NCBI GenBank assembly: GCA_046723355.1 | Contig: JBKOUJ010000035.1 | Coordinates: 70,736-134,735 of the forward strand | Reading direction: 5' to 3' | DNA length: 64,000 nt | Source: Actinomycetota bacterium | Lineage (GTDB): Bacteria; Actinomycetota; Thermoleophilia; Gaiellales; Gaiellaceae | In this document: piece after piece, positions 47,966 through 56,861 of the stretch | Layout of the letters: every line of letters starts with the position of its first letter | Position numbering within the stretch: position 1 is the stretch's first letter | Notes under the pieces: generated by a model | What the model was told of the DNA's origin: nothing | Databases searched by the model: none | What the model saw: only the letters and a program-made list of their open reading frames with translations | Translations under genes and position numbers: made by a program

Positions 47966-48709
47966 ATGGCCGCAGAGAAGCGTCAACCCGCCCAGCCGGA
48001 GGCCACGCCGCGAACGGCCAAGCCGGCACCCGAAGAGTTCGACGAGCTTCGGGATCACGTCCCTGCCGACATCCGCAACGTGCGGTTTCCCGTCTCGGTG
48101 CGAGGCTACGACCGCGATGCCGTAGAGACATACGTCAAACGCGTCAACCACGTGATCGCCGAGCTGGAGGTCAGCCGCTCGCCGAGAGCCGCGGTCCGGC
48201 ACGCGCTCGACCGGGTCGGCAAGCAGACGGTGGCAGTTCTGCAGGAGGCGCGCGAGTCGGCCGACAAGCTGCTCGAGGCGGCTCGCGATGAGGCCGACGC
48301 CGAGAAGGAGCGGGCCAAGGCGGAAGCCGCGAAGCTCGTGGTGAACGCGAGCGACGAGGCCGACCGGACGAAAGCGGAAGCGGACCAGGTCATGGCGGCG
48401 GCGAAGGCCCAGGCGGCGGAGATCGTCGGAGAGGCTCAGGCCGATGCCGAGAAGCGAAAACAGCAGGCCGACGGGGAAATCACCACAGCCAAGGACAAGG
48501 CCGACGCGCGGATGCGCAAGATCCAGAGCGATACCGAGGCTGTATGGAACGAACGCGGGCACCTGCTCGAGGAGACGCAGGCGATGGCCCAGAAGCTCCA
48601 GGAGCTCGCGGCCGGCGCCGCGTCGCGCCTCGTCGACGATCAGACCGAGCAGCAGACAACGGTCACCGAACCCCAGGCGCGAAAGCGCCCGGCGACGCCG
48701 GAACGCTAG
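47966..48709 (+). CDS. DivIVA-domain coiled-coil protein
   Basis: IRNVRFPVSVRGYDRDAVETYV followed by a long Ala/Glu/Lys-rich coiled coil. Confidence 0.7.
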   Translation: MAAEKRQPAQPEATPRTAKPAPEEFDELRDHVPADIRNVRFPVSVRGYDRDAVETYVKRVNHVIAELEVSRSPRAAVRHALDRVGKQTVAVLQEARESADKLLEAARDEADAEKERAKAEAAKLVVNASDEADRTKAEADQVMAAAKAQAAEIVGEAQADAEKRKQQADGEITTAKDKADARMRKIQSDTEAVWNERGHLLEETQAMAQKLQELAAGAASRLVDDQTEQQTTVTEPQARKRPATPER

Positions 48710-49431
48710 AGCTGGGCGAAGTAGCGCTTGCCGGCGAGGGCGCTCGTCGGGTCGACCGATTCAACTAGCCGAGTGGCTGCGCCGACTGCGGCCAGCGCGG
48801 ACCGCACCTGCGCCTCATCGACTCCGATCATGCTGATGGGGTGGAGCCGCGCTCTGCGATAGAGCCACTCCTCCGACAGACCGAGCTTGGACAGTGCCCG
48901 GAAGAGACGTCTGCGCAGTTGGAGTCGATATCGCAGCGGCAGCGGCTCGGGAAGCTGGACGACGATTGTCCCGCCGGGGCGAACGATCCGGGCGAATTCG
49001 CGGAGGTAATCGAGCACCTCACGCTCTGACGCCAGATGCTGGAGGACGAAGCTCGAGTAGGCGAAGTCGATCGAGTCGGAGCGGATCTCCGCGAGAAGCG
49101 GGTAGCTCTTATGCTCGAAGACGCAGTTCTTGAAGTCGCGATTGAACTCTTTCGCCAGCCTGATCATCTCGGCCGAGCTGTCGACGCCGTAGCAGAGCTC
49201 GAACCGAGTCGAGAGGGCCCGGACGATCCGTCCCGCGCCGCAACCGAAATCGAGGGCCGTCGTAAAGCGACCAGGTCGAGCTTCGCGGTGCGAAAAGACA
49301 GCTGCAATCTCGTCCGCGCCGCTTGCAAAGAACGCATCGAGATCCCACCGCCCGTTCCTCGCGTCGTCACGACTGCAGATCGCCCAGAGGGGATCGAGTC
49401 GCGCCAACGAGTCCCACACACGATCCGACAA
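48706..49431 (-). CDS. class I SAM-dependent methyltransferase
   Basis: ALDFGCGAGRIVRAL (motif I)...VRPGGTIVVQ. TTG start as given in the track. Confidence 0.8.
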   Translation of the reverse strand: MSDRVWDSLARLDPLWAICSRDDARNGRWDLDAFFASGADEIAAVFSHREARPGRFTTALDFGCGAGRIVRALSTRFELCYGVDSSAEMIRLAKEFNRDFKNCVFEHKSYPLLAEIRSDSIDFAYSSFVLQHLASEREVLDYLREFARIVRPGGTIVVQLPEPLPLRYRLQLRRRLFRALSKLGLSEEWLYRRARLHPISMIGVDEAQVRSALAAVGAATRLVESVDPTSALAGKRYFAQL

Positions 49432-49490
49432 GCGACAACCATGTTACGGCCGCTCTGGCTCCCACAAGCTCTGTCCCAAGAGCGGTTGAT

Positions 49491-49519
49491 GGGACAGTCC
49501 CCGTTCGGGGACAGTCCCT
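49491..49519. repeat. GGGACAGTCCC doublet, copy 2
   Basis: GGGACAGTCCCC-GTTC-GGGGACAGTCCCT lies in the divergent region between the methyltransferase gene and proS. Confidence 0.7.
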
Positions 49520-49692
49520 GAACCTGCGTCTGTTGGCCGTTGTCGGCGGAGGCGGGCTTTGCCCGCCGGAGCCTCAACTGCGCGGGACGCGCGTCATCCC
49601 GACGAGGGGGCACACGGGGGAAACCGGGTTTCCCCCGTGAAGGCGAGCGACGCGACGCCGACCCAGACAACACTTTGCGTAACCTCCGCGCA

Positions 49693-51357
49693 ATGCCGCT
49701 CACGCGGGCTTCCAAGCTCTTTCTCCCGACCCTGCGCGATGCCCCGGCCGAGGCCGAGGCCGTCAGCCATAAGCTGCTCGTGCGCGCCGGGTTCATCCGG
49801 CAGGTGGCCGCGGGCCTCTGGTCGTTCACGCCGCTCGGCTGGCGCGTCCATCGGAAGATCGAGCAGATCATCCGCGAGGAGCTGGCCGTCATCGGGGCCC
49901 AGGAGTGGCTGGCGCCTGTGCTTACGCCGGCGGAGCTCTGGGAGGCGACCGGACGCTACGCGATCACGGCGCTCTTCAAGCTCGACGACCGCGCCGGACG
50001 CCACTACGTCCTGCCGTTGACGCACGAGGAGACGTTCGCGTTCCACGCGCGCGAGATCCAGAGCTACAAGGAGCTGCCGCAATCCTGGTACCACTTCCAG
50101 ACGAAGGACCGCGACGAGCCGCGGCCTCGCAGCGGGCTCATCCGCGTTCGCGAGTTCATCATGAAGGACGCGTACTCGTTCGACCGGGACGAGGCCGGCC
50201 TCGACGAGAGCTTCCGTAAGCACGAGGGAGCGTACGCGAAGATCTTCGAGCGGTGCGGGCTCGAGTTCCGCGAGGTCGAGGCCGAGTCCGGGATCATGGG
50301 CGGCAGCGGCTCGATGGATTTCCTCGCGCCGGCCGGCTCGGGCGAGAACACGCTCGTGACGTGCGAGAACGGGGATTTCGCCGCCGACGTCGAGGTCGCG
50401 CGGACGGTTCCGCGCCCGCCCACCTTCCCAGAACGGCTCGAGCGGCCTGAGGAAGTCGAGACGCCGGGCGCCACCACGATCGAGGCGCTGGCCGAGCTCC
50501 TCTCGATCGACGCGGCGGCGACGTCGAAGGCGATGCCCGTCGTGAAGGACGACGGGACGCTCGTGCTCGCGCTCGTACGCGGCGACGACCGGCTCGACGA
50601 TATGAAGATGCTCCCGGCGCTCGGGTCCGACTTCCGCCCGGCGACCGAGGAGGAGATCCAGACGGCGTTCGGCGCCGACCCGGGATCGATCGGCCCGATC
50701 GGCTTCGACGGGGAAGTGATCGCCGACGAGACGCTCCGCGAGGGCCAGTACGTCGCGGGCGCGAACCGCACCGGTTTCCACCTTCGCGGGGTCGAGGCAG
50801 GGCGGGACTACCAGCCCCGTTTCGCCGACCTGCGGGCCTCGAAGGAGGGCGATACTTGCCCCCTCTGCGGGGGACATCTCCACTTCCAGACGGCAATCGA
50901 GATCGGTCACATCTTCAAGCTCGAGACCAAGTACTCCGCGCCGCTCGGAGCGACCTTCCTCGACGAGGACGGGACCGAGAAGCCTCTGGTCATGGGGAGC
51001 TATGGGATCGGCCCGGGGCGCGTCCTCGCGACGATCGTCGAGCAGAGCCACGACGAGCACGGGATCGTCTGGCCTCGATCTGTGGCACCGTACGATGTGC
51101 ACGTGGTCGCGCTCCCCGGCGTCGAAGAGCAGGCAACCGAAGCGGCTGCGGCCCTCGACGCCGCGGGCTTCGACGTCCTGCTCGACGAGCGCGACGCGCG
51201 CGCAGGCGAGAAGTTCGCCGACGCCGACTTGATCGGTCTGCCTTTCCGCGTCACGGTCGGCAAGAAGACGCTCGATGACGGTGCCGTCGACGTTCGCGAC
51301 CGCGCGACGGGCGAGGAGCGAAGGGTCTCGATCGGGTCCCTCGGAGACGCCTTCTAG
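49693..51357 (+). CDS. proS: proline--tRNA ligase
   Basis: MPLTRASKLFLPTLRDAPAEAEAVSHKLLVRAGFIRQ...RVREFIMKDAYSF. ATG 49693 was chosen over the longer track ORF. Confidence 0.95.
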   Translation: MPLTRASKLFLPTLRDAPAEAEAVSHKLLVRAGFIRQVAAGLWSFTPLGWRVHRKIEQIIREELAVIGAQEWLAPVLTPAELWEATGRYAITALFKLDDRAGRHYVLPLTHEETFAFHAREIQSYKELPQSWYHFQTKDRDEPRPRSGLIRVREFIMKDAYSFDRDEAGLDESFRKHEGAYAKIFERCGLEFREVEAESGIMGGSGSMDFLAPAGSGENTLVTCENGDFAADVEVARTVPRPPTFPERLERPEEVETPGATTIEALAELLSIDAAATSKAMPVVKDDGTLVLALVRGDDRLDDMKMLPALGSDFRPATEEEIQTAFGADPGSIGPIGFDGEVIADETLREGQYVAGANRTGFHLRGVEAGRDYQPRFADLRASKEGDTCPLCGGHLHFQTAIEIGHIFKLETKYSAPLGATFLDEDGTEKPLVMGSYGIGPGRVLATIVEQSHDEHGIVWPRSVAPYDVHVVALPGVEEQATEAAAALDAAGFDVLLDERDARAGEKFADADLIGLPFRVTVGKKTLDDGAVDVRDRATGEERRVSIGSLGDAF

Positions 51358-51659
51358 TGCCCCGCCGCAGGCGCAGGTTCAGCGAGGAGGCGTTCGGCCC
51401 GACGGTCGAGAGGCTGATGGACGAGACCGGTGTCACATACCGCGCCCTCGCGGAGAAGACGAGGCTCTCCGCCGGCTACCTGAACCATCTCGTACACGGC
51501 AATCGCCCCGTGCCTTCCGACGACGTGATCCGAACGCTGGCAAAGGCCCTCAACGTCGAAGCGGAGCACTTCCGCGAGTACCGCCTCCGCGTGATCACCG
51601 AGCGCCTCGAGGCGATGCCGGATTTGATCGACCGGCTCTACAAGCGTCTCGGGAAGTAG
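51357..51659 (+). CDS. XRE-type helix-turn-helix DNA-binding protein
   Basis: 100 aa. MDETGVTYRALAEKTRLSAGYLNHLVHGNRPVPSDDVIRTLAKAL. The GTG start overlaps the proS stop by 1 nt. Confidence 0.7.
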   Translation: MPRRRRRFSEEAFGPTVERLMDETGVTYRALAEKTRLSAGYLNHLVHGNRPVPSDDVIRTLAKALNVEAEHFREYRLRVITERLEAMPDLIDRLYKRLGK

Positions 51660-51674
51660 TCCCTCGTACCTTTA

Positions 51675-51689
51675 GTCGGGGCGCCCGGA
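51675..51689 (-). repeat. 15-nt copy of the tRNA-Pro 3' end (putative distal att remnant)
   Basis: GTCGGGGCGCCCGGA is identical to 57752-57766. Confidence 0.45.
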
Positions 51690-51985
51690 GCGGAGTGCAA
51701 GCGGCGGGTCGCGCCGGCGTTTTGGTCGAACTCTTGTAGGAGCCGTGGAGAGCGACGTGGGGCTGCTTGACCACACAAACGTTGGAGCCGCTCGAGGTTC
51801 TCAAGATGAACCAGTCCGACGTCGTTCGTGCTTCCGGATCCGCGGGTAGAGGCAGAAGGGGAGCCGGAGTGTCTCCCCACGTTCTCCCCTAGACGCTCCG
51901 GCTCCCGTACTCAGATTCCGCGCGGGATTCAGCGCAACACGTCGGCGCCCGAATCTTGACGAACTTCTTACGTTCGCCTTGGGGT

Positions 51986-52327
51986 TTAGGCGCTGCCTTG
52001 GCGGCGCTCTTCCGCCTCGGCGACACGCTCGGCCTCTCCGAACTTGTCGACGATGAGGTATTCCGGCGTTCGCTTCACGACGTGCTCGATCTGCTCGTCC
52101 TCGTGTCCGGGTGCGACCATGAAGCGGTCGGGCTCCCGATGCGCATCGTTGTATTCGGCGCGGCCGACATAGAGAGTCGTGCCGCAGCCGTCCTCTCCGC
52201 ACTCGCAGAGAATCTCGAGCCGATCGTTAGGTCCGCCTCCGAGCTCCTCGCTGACGCGCTCGACCTCGACGTTGACCGACCGGAACATCGCCTCGTTCCG
52301 GGAGACGCGCTCCTTTCGAGCATCCAC
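51986..52327 (-). CDS. small CxC...C protein, paralogue 1 (113 aa)
   Basis: NEAMFRSVNVEVERVSEEL...LEILCECGEDGCGTTLYVGRAEYNDAHREPDRFMVAPGHEDEQIEHVV...YLIVDKFG. Collinear similarity to 52355-52630. Confidence 0.65.
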   Translation of the reverse strand: MDARKERVSRNEAMFRSVNVEVERVSEELGGGPNDRLEILCECGEDGCGTTLYVGRAEYNDAHREPDRFMVAPGHEDEQIEHVVKRTPEYLIVDKFGEAERVAEAEERRQGSA

Positions 52328-52354
52328 GGCGGGGAGTCTACGGCCAGACGTGGC

Positions 52355-52630
52355 TCACGTCTCGTGTCCGGTGTAAAGCTTCTCGGCAAGCGCGACGCGG
52401 TCATCTTGCTCGAGGATGATTCCGCCGGACAAGTGATGGCCCGGCTTGATCACGTATTGCTCTGACTGGGCCCGCACGGAGCCGTACTCTTCCAGCGTTA
52501 GCTCGAGTCGCGCGAAGCAGCGTATGTCGCTGCACTCGCAAACAAACGGGATCGGATCGCTCCACGCCAGCTCGGCCGCCTTGTCGGCGATGCGGTCGTT
52601 CGCGTTGCGAAAGACATCCTCGGACTCCAT
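52355..52630 (-). CDS. small CxC...C protein, paralogue 2 (91 aa)
   Basis: EDVFRNANDRIADKAAEL...IPFVCECSDIRCFARLELTLEEYGSVRAQSEQYVIKPGHH. Lies 27 nt upstream of paralogue 1 on the same strand. Confidence 0.65.
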   Translation of the reverse strand: MESEDVFRNANDRIADKAAELAWSDPIPFVCECSDIRCFARLELTLEEYGSVRAQSEQYVIKPGHHLSGGIILEQDDRVALAEKLYTGHET

Positions 52631-52691
52631 GACCCCGCCGGATGTCTCCCCTATTTTCTAGAGCTGACACGCGTGTTCTATCGTCTCGGTA

Positions 52692-52765
52692 GCCGTTCGG
52701 CCCCGGAGAGGAGCGACATCGACCTCGCAGGGCCACGCGCGCACCGTCTTCAAGCGAGAGCGCTC
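52692..52765 (+). repeat. 5' remnant (SD plus first codons) of a paralogue of the 56460-56813 gene
   Basis: About 74 nt similar to 56437-56507, with a 40-nt perfect core (52719-52758 = 56463-56502). A 2-nt insertion (AG) follows and then similarity is lost. Confidence 0.6.
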
Positions 52766-52850
52766 ATCCGAATGTAGGCAATGGATGCGTTTGAGGGACT
52801 AAAGCCGGGGAACGTCGCGCAGACCAATCAATCCGAGGAGGGGGGCAGGC

Positions 52851-53138
52851 ATGGCAACAAAGGCACGAGCAGACGACCCTGGCGTTCGCGCGGAAGTCAT
52901 CGGCGAACGAACAACCGGAGCCCATGACGAGACGAAGTGGGCACCGCTGACAACGGAGTTCTGGGCGATGCTGATCGTGATCGTCGCGATCCTGATCGCA
53001 GCGGCCGTTTCCGATACGTTCGGTGACCGGCGAGCCTGGCTGTACGTCGCGATCGTCGCGACGGGGTACATCGTCAGCCGCGGCCTCGCCAAGGCCGGGA
53101 CAGATCATCTCCCAGGACTAAGACGCCGCGTTCGATGA
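52851..53138 (+). CDS. small two-helix membrane protein (95 aa)
   Basis: Strong SD (GAGGAGGGGGG) 5 nt upstream of the ATG. Two hydrophobic helices (FWAMLIVIVAILIAAAV and WLYVAIVATGYIV). Confidence 0.65.
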   Translation: MATKARADDPGVRAEVIGERTTGAHDETKWAPLTTEFWAMLIVIVAILIAAAVSDTFGDRRAWLYVAIVATGYIVSRGLAKAGTDHLPGLRRRVR

Positions 53139-53548
53139 GACAAGCGGCGATGGGCAGTTCTCAACGACCACAACGCCGAAAGGGGTCACGGTGACCGAGG
53201 AGGAAGAGCAGGACGACGGCAACGAGGATGGCGGGTCGACACGCTGACTGAGGGAAGGGGGCAGACGGGCCCGCTGGCTCTCTGGACGACGGCGAACCGC
53301 GTCGGCCGGGCGACCGGCTACCGAGCCTCAACTCCCTCTCGGGCTCGACTTGGCCTTGGCTCGGCGGCTCGAACTCGAACAAGAACGCGTCCTCGCGCGG
53401 GGCCGTCTTCGCTGTTGAGATAGCTCAGGGCGAACACGGCTGACTCCGCGTTGGGCCTGTTCGTGGTCAGGCCGAGAAAGTGTAAGGCGGCTCCGGCCGT
53501 CGGCTGATACCCGCGTACCCAGCCGGGGATTTGCAGCATGTTTGTCCA

Positions 53549-53594
53549 GTCGGTGCGCCCGGATTTGAACCGGGGACCTCTTGTCCCCCAGACA
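53549..53594 (-). repeat. partial tRNA-Pro copy (anticodon loop to 3' end), att-type direct repeat
   Basis: 46 nt matching 57752-57797 with one mismatch (G to T at 53554). Confidence 0.85.
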
Positions 53595-53897
53595 CCCGCA
53601 GCGGTCGGGCGTCGAGTGTCGCCGAGTGGTCTCAAGTGGACGATCTCCCTGTAAATAACGGCCGGTACACCGCGGATTCGTACTTTCCTCCACACGCTGC
53701 TTCCAAGCCGTTTGGGCGCGCTGTGGGCGCGCCACACGTGCCGGCACGTGCGCCCTTCGCGGCACTTTGTCTCGGACCGCGCGACCTGCCATAGTCGGGC
53801 CCATGCTTCGAGCTAGCGGAGCACCTTTGAACGCTGTACGTTTGCGCCGGCCTGCGGGCTCGGGCTCGGCGCCACCTCACCATCAGAAGGGACTCGC

Positions 53898-54053
53898 ATG
53901 GCTGACCGCAGAATCGGTGGGATATCTTTGGGCGGGATCGTCGTCATCGTCGGGATCGTCGTCGCGCTCTTCTGGAGCCTCTTGCTTGGAATCATCATCG
54001 CGTTGATCGGGCTGATCGCGTTCGGCGGGTTCGTGCGAGGAAAGTGGTACTGA
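53898..54053 (+). CDS. small hydrophobic membrane protein (51 aa)
   Basis: MADRRIGGISLGGIVVIVGIVVALFWSLLLGIIIALIGLIAFGGFVRGKWY. GAAGGGA SD. Shorter than the 60-80 aa minimum seen in the supplied ORF track. Confidence 0.55.
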   Translation: MADRRIGGISLGGIVVIVGIVVALFWSLLLGIIIALIGLIAFGGFVRGKWY

Positions 54054-54212
54054 GAGTTCCGGCGTCGGGACCGCGAAGGCGATCGTCGACCAGTTGAACG
54101 AGGGACGGCATCGGCGCCTTCGGGTTTGCCGGACGAGCTCCCCGACCTGGTTGGAGGACGAGAACTAGCGTGCGCTAGGACAAAGGGGCCGGGTCGTGCT
54201 GCCGCTCGGCCC

Positions 54213-54443
54213 CTACTTCAAGGGCGGTTCGATCCTGGGTCCCAGGGCGCCGTCGCGGCTGAGGATTTCAGCCATGTCGCCAGCCGCGCCAAATTTCTCG
54301 ACCACCATGTAGCCGTCCGACTCGCGCACGACCGTTTCGACCTCCGGGTAAACGTGCCCCGCGCCGCGACGCCCACCGGGGAGAATCGTGACGCTCGTCG
54401 CGATCCGGTCATTCATCGATCCGTCCGACGGCGGACAGATCAC
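54213..54443 (-). pseudogene. truncated third member of the CxC small-protein family (C-terminal half only)
   Basis: GAGHVYPEVETVVRESDGYMVVEKFGAAGDMAE aligns with APGHEDEQIEHVVKRTPEYLIVDKFGEAERVAE of paralogue 1. The CxC...C segment is missing. Confidence 0.4.
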
Positions 54444-54708
54444 CGCCGGCCAGACCTACCGCGACGAGTCGGCCGATGTCGTGAAGAGGTTCCCGCATCG
54501 CTTCAAGCCCGCGGTGATCCGCAAGCCTCGAGCCCGCGCCTCGGTCGTCCGCTCCGTCACCAGTGAGCCAAGGGTCAGTCGGCCCGTTGGGTCATCGACA
54601 TCCGCGAATCCTGGAGGCTCTGAATGGCACTCACTGCGAAGAAGAAGCTCGACCCTGACCGGCTCGTCGTCTGCACCCAGGACTTCGCCACCGCAGAACG
54701 TCTCGTAA
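54388..54708 (+). CDS. hypothetical protein (mobile-element-like), extent uncertain
   Basis: GTG start with GGGGAG SD. The first ~45 codons have coding-like GC3, which weakens toward the 3' end. Overlaps the next ORF. Confidence 0.3.
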   Translation: MTLVAIRSFIDPSDGGQITAGQTYRDESADVVKRFPHRFKPAVIRKPRARASVVRSVTSEPRVSRPVGSSTSANPGGSEWHSLRRRSSTLTGSSSAPRTSPPQNVS

Positions 54709-55244
54709 AGCGCGGCGACAAGTTGCGGGCGTCAGATCCGATCACGGCGGACCACCGCTTTTTCGTCGACGCCGACCTGCCGGAATGCGAGTGGCCGAGC
54801 ATGTGGGATTCGATGCCGGCCCCGCCTTCGCACGGGAACCCGGTCACAGTGCAGGAGATCGCGATCCCGCCGCATCGTCAGCTCAAGAGCCGGCTCGATG
54901 TCGTACAGCCCGCCGGATGGGCGAAGGATTCGCCGGGAAGTGAGTCCGCGCGGGCCGGCGCCGTTCTTCCGCTGCTCCCTGCGTCGAGGCCAGATTCTCG
55001 ATGTCCTCGACCCACGCGTGAAAGCGAACCCGGCCGGCTTCGAGTGGCGCTCGCGAAGTCACTCCCGAGGACCTCGAACGTATTGCGACGGAGGAAGGCA
55101 ATGGCAAGTAAGCCGCGCATCCACGACCTGAAGCCGCAACCGACGATCGCGAAGTCAATCGCCGCGTCAAAGGCGCACGTTCAGAACGTCAACGCTGCCG
55201 CATCGCAAAAGGGAAAAGGCAGCGACGGGCAAGGCAACAAGTAG
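54624..55244 (+). CDS. hypothetical ORF, probably composite or decayed
   Basis: ATG with GGAGG SD. GC3 is good for about 100 codons, then the best frame changes. The last 47 codons (55101-55244, MASKPRIHDLKPQPTIAKS...) have their own strong SD (GGAGGAAGG) and may be a separate small gene. Confidence 0.35.
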   Translation: MALTAKKKLDPDRLVVCTQDFATAERLVKRGDKLRASDPITADHRFFVDADLPECEWPSMWDSMPAPPSHGNPVTVQEIAIPPHRQLKSRLDVVQPAGWAKDSPGSESARAGAVLPLLPASRPDSRCPRPTRESEPGRLRVALAKSLPRTSNVLRRRKAMASKPRIHDLKPQPTIAKSIAASKAHVQNVNAAASQKGKGSDGQGNK

Positions 55245-55323
55245 CCCCCGGGGGACGGGGTGCGACGGAAACCCGGACGGAAATACCTCGCCCCAACAAT
55301 TCGCGAAAGAAACGCTCACACGA

Positions 55324-55713
55324 ATGACTGTGCCGTCCTATCTACGCCCGCCGACCCACCGGCACTGCACAGCCTGCTCTCGCTGGCTTCCGCTCGAGGA
55401 CTTCCCCGCGAATCGCCGTATGCATCTGGGCGTCTCTTCGCGTTGTCGAGCCTGTCACCGCGAAGACACCCGGGAATGGCGCGAGCGAAACCGGGACGAG
55501 CTGAATGCACAGAGGCGGGCGGACTATCGGGACACCCATCCGTTGCCGACCCGGCCATGCGCGGTCTGCGGCGAGCTGTTCGCGGGACGACCTGACGCGT
55601 TGGTCTGCACCGAGCGTTGTCGGAACAGGCGGAAGAACGAGCAGCGCCGTGCGAGTGCAGCAGCGGCGTCAAGCGTGCTCGCCCGATTGACAGGGCTTCG
55701 ACCGCAGGCCTAG
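55324..55713 (+). CDS. small zinc-ribbon-rich protein (129 aa)
   Basis: CTACSRW...CRACH and CAVCG...CTERC Cys pairs. This arrangement is common in phage and plasmid accessory proteins. Confidence 0.55.
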   Translation: MTVPSYLRPPTHRHCTACSRWLPLEDFPANRRMHLGVSSRCRACHREDTREWRERNRDELNAQRRADYRDTHPLPTRPCAVCGELFAGRPDALVCTERCRNRRKNEQRRASAAAASSVLARLTGLRPQA

Positions 55714-55758
55714 CATCGAGCGGCCCATTCACTGTGGGGGGAGAACGGGAGAGGACAA

Positions 55759-56346
55759 GTGAAGCGAGTCCTATGTCTCGCCGGTTTGGTCTGCTCGACG
55801 GCGGTGCTCGTCTGGGCGCCGGCTGCGGCCGCCGGTGAAGTTGTCTGCACCGGAGGGACGGCCAATCCGCTGACAGGGAAGATCGTCGGCAACGTCGTCG
55901 TGCCGGCCGGCGCTTCGTGCCGCATCCAAGGCACCGTGAGCGGGAACGTCACGGCCCTGGCGGGAGCGCAGGTCGGAATCCGGGACGGCTCCACAGTCCG
56001 CGGCAACTACACCTGCAACAACTGCCTGTTCGCCGATCTGCACGGCTCCACGATCGGCGGGAACGTCGTGATCAGTGAAGAGACGGACGGCAGCTTCATC
56101 GACGGCTCGACGATCAAGGGAAACCTCCAGATCGACTCGAGCGACGCCGATGGAGACGCTTTCTCGATCGGCACGGCAGACCTCCCGAACAAGATCGGGG
56201 GGAACCTGTCGTTCACCAACAACACGGGCACGTCGTCCATCGTGAGCAACGCGATTGGCGGCTACCTCGACTGCCAGAACAACGTTCCTGCTCCCGTGAA
56301 CACGGGCAACACCGCCAAGAGCTTCAGGGGGCAGTGCGCGGCGTGA
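55759..56346 (+). CDS. secreted repeat protein, beta-helix-like
   Basis: Signal peptide MKRVLCLAGLVCSTAVLVWAPAAAAG. Repeated GxxxxGN(V/L) units (GKIVGNVVV, GTVSGNVTA, STIGGNVVI, STIKGNLQI, KIGGNLSF). Several Cys residues. Confidence 0.7.
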   Translation: MKRVLCLAGLVCSTAVLVWAPAAAAGEVVCTGGTANPLTGKIVGNVVVPAGASCRIQGTVSGNVTALAGAQVGIRDGSTVRGNYTCNNCLFADLHGSTIGGNVVISEETDGSFIDGSTIKGNLQIDSSDADGDAFSIGTADLPNKIGGNLSFTNNTGTSSIVSNAIGGYLDCQNNVPAPVNTGNTAKSFRGQCAA

Positions 56347-56459
56347 CCCTCTCGTAGCGAGCACCCATGCAGCGGGACGGCCGGTCTCCAGGCCGTCCCG
56401 CCCGACCTTTCCCCCCGCGCTACTAGACTCAACGTCGCCGCTCGGCCCGGGGAGGAGGA

Positions 56460-56813
56460 ACGTCGACCTCGCAGGGCCACGCGCGCACCGTCTTCAAGCG
56501 AGCGCTCGAGCACGACAACCTGCTCGTCGCCGAGGCGACGGCGAAGGAGATTGGCCGTGTCAGCCTGGTCGAGGCGCTCGACCTAACCGCATTGATCGCG
56601 CGTAAGGCGCCGCGCCGGCATCCGCGGGTCGCTGCCCGCTGGCTGCTGCGCTACCTCGAGGAGCACCCAGCCGCAACGATCGAGGAGGCCGGGGTCGTCG
56701 CTAGTTGCCTAGCGGCGCTCGGCAGTCCGGGTCACGACGAGGCGGCGCGGACGCTTCGGAGCATGGCCGAACGAGCGATTGGGCCGCGGGGCTCCGATGA
56801 TCACGGAGGGTAA
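56460..56813 (+). CDS. helical hypothetical protein without a canonical start codon at its conserved 5' end
   Basis: The frame is open from 56427. Translation STSQGHARTVFKRALEHDNLLVAEATAKEIGRVSLVEALDLTALIARKAPRRHPRVAARWLLRYL. GGAGGAGG lies just upstream, but the first ATG/GTG/TTG in frame is TTG 56592. Confidence 0.45.
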   Translation, partial: TSTSQGHARTVFKRALEHDNLLVAEATAKEIGRVSLVEALDLTALIARKAPRRHPRVAARWLLRYLEEHPAATIEEAGVVASCLAALGSPGHDEAARTLRSMAERAIGPRGSDDHGG

Positions 56814-56861
56814 TGGGCCGCGAGATCGCGGCCCACTACTTCCTACACCCCGCCGGTTTGG

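Noticed and set aside
53182-53250. A tiny acidic ORF (VTEEEEQDDGNEDGGSTR) after the two-helix membrane protein gene.
   Set aside because: It is 18 codons of low complexity with no supporting signal beyond a weak SD.
53140-53545. Expected position of an integrase gene next to the inner tRNA-Pro repeat. The minus-strand frames read MLQIPGWVRGYQPTAGAALHFLGL… and then MFEFEPPSQGQVEPE….
   Set aside because: There are no tyrosine- or serine-recombinase motifs. The frames are broken and partly low complexity. Treated as non-coding or decayed sequence.
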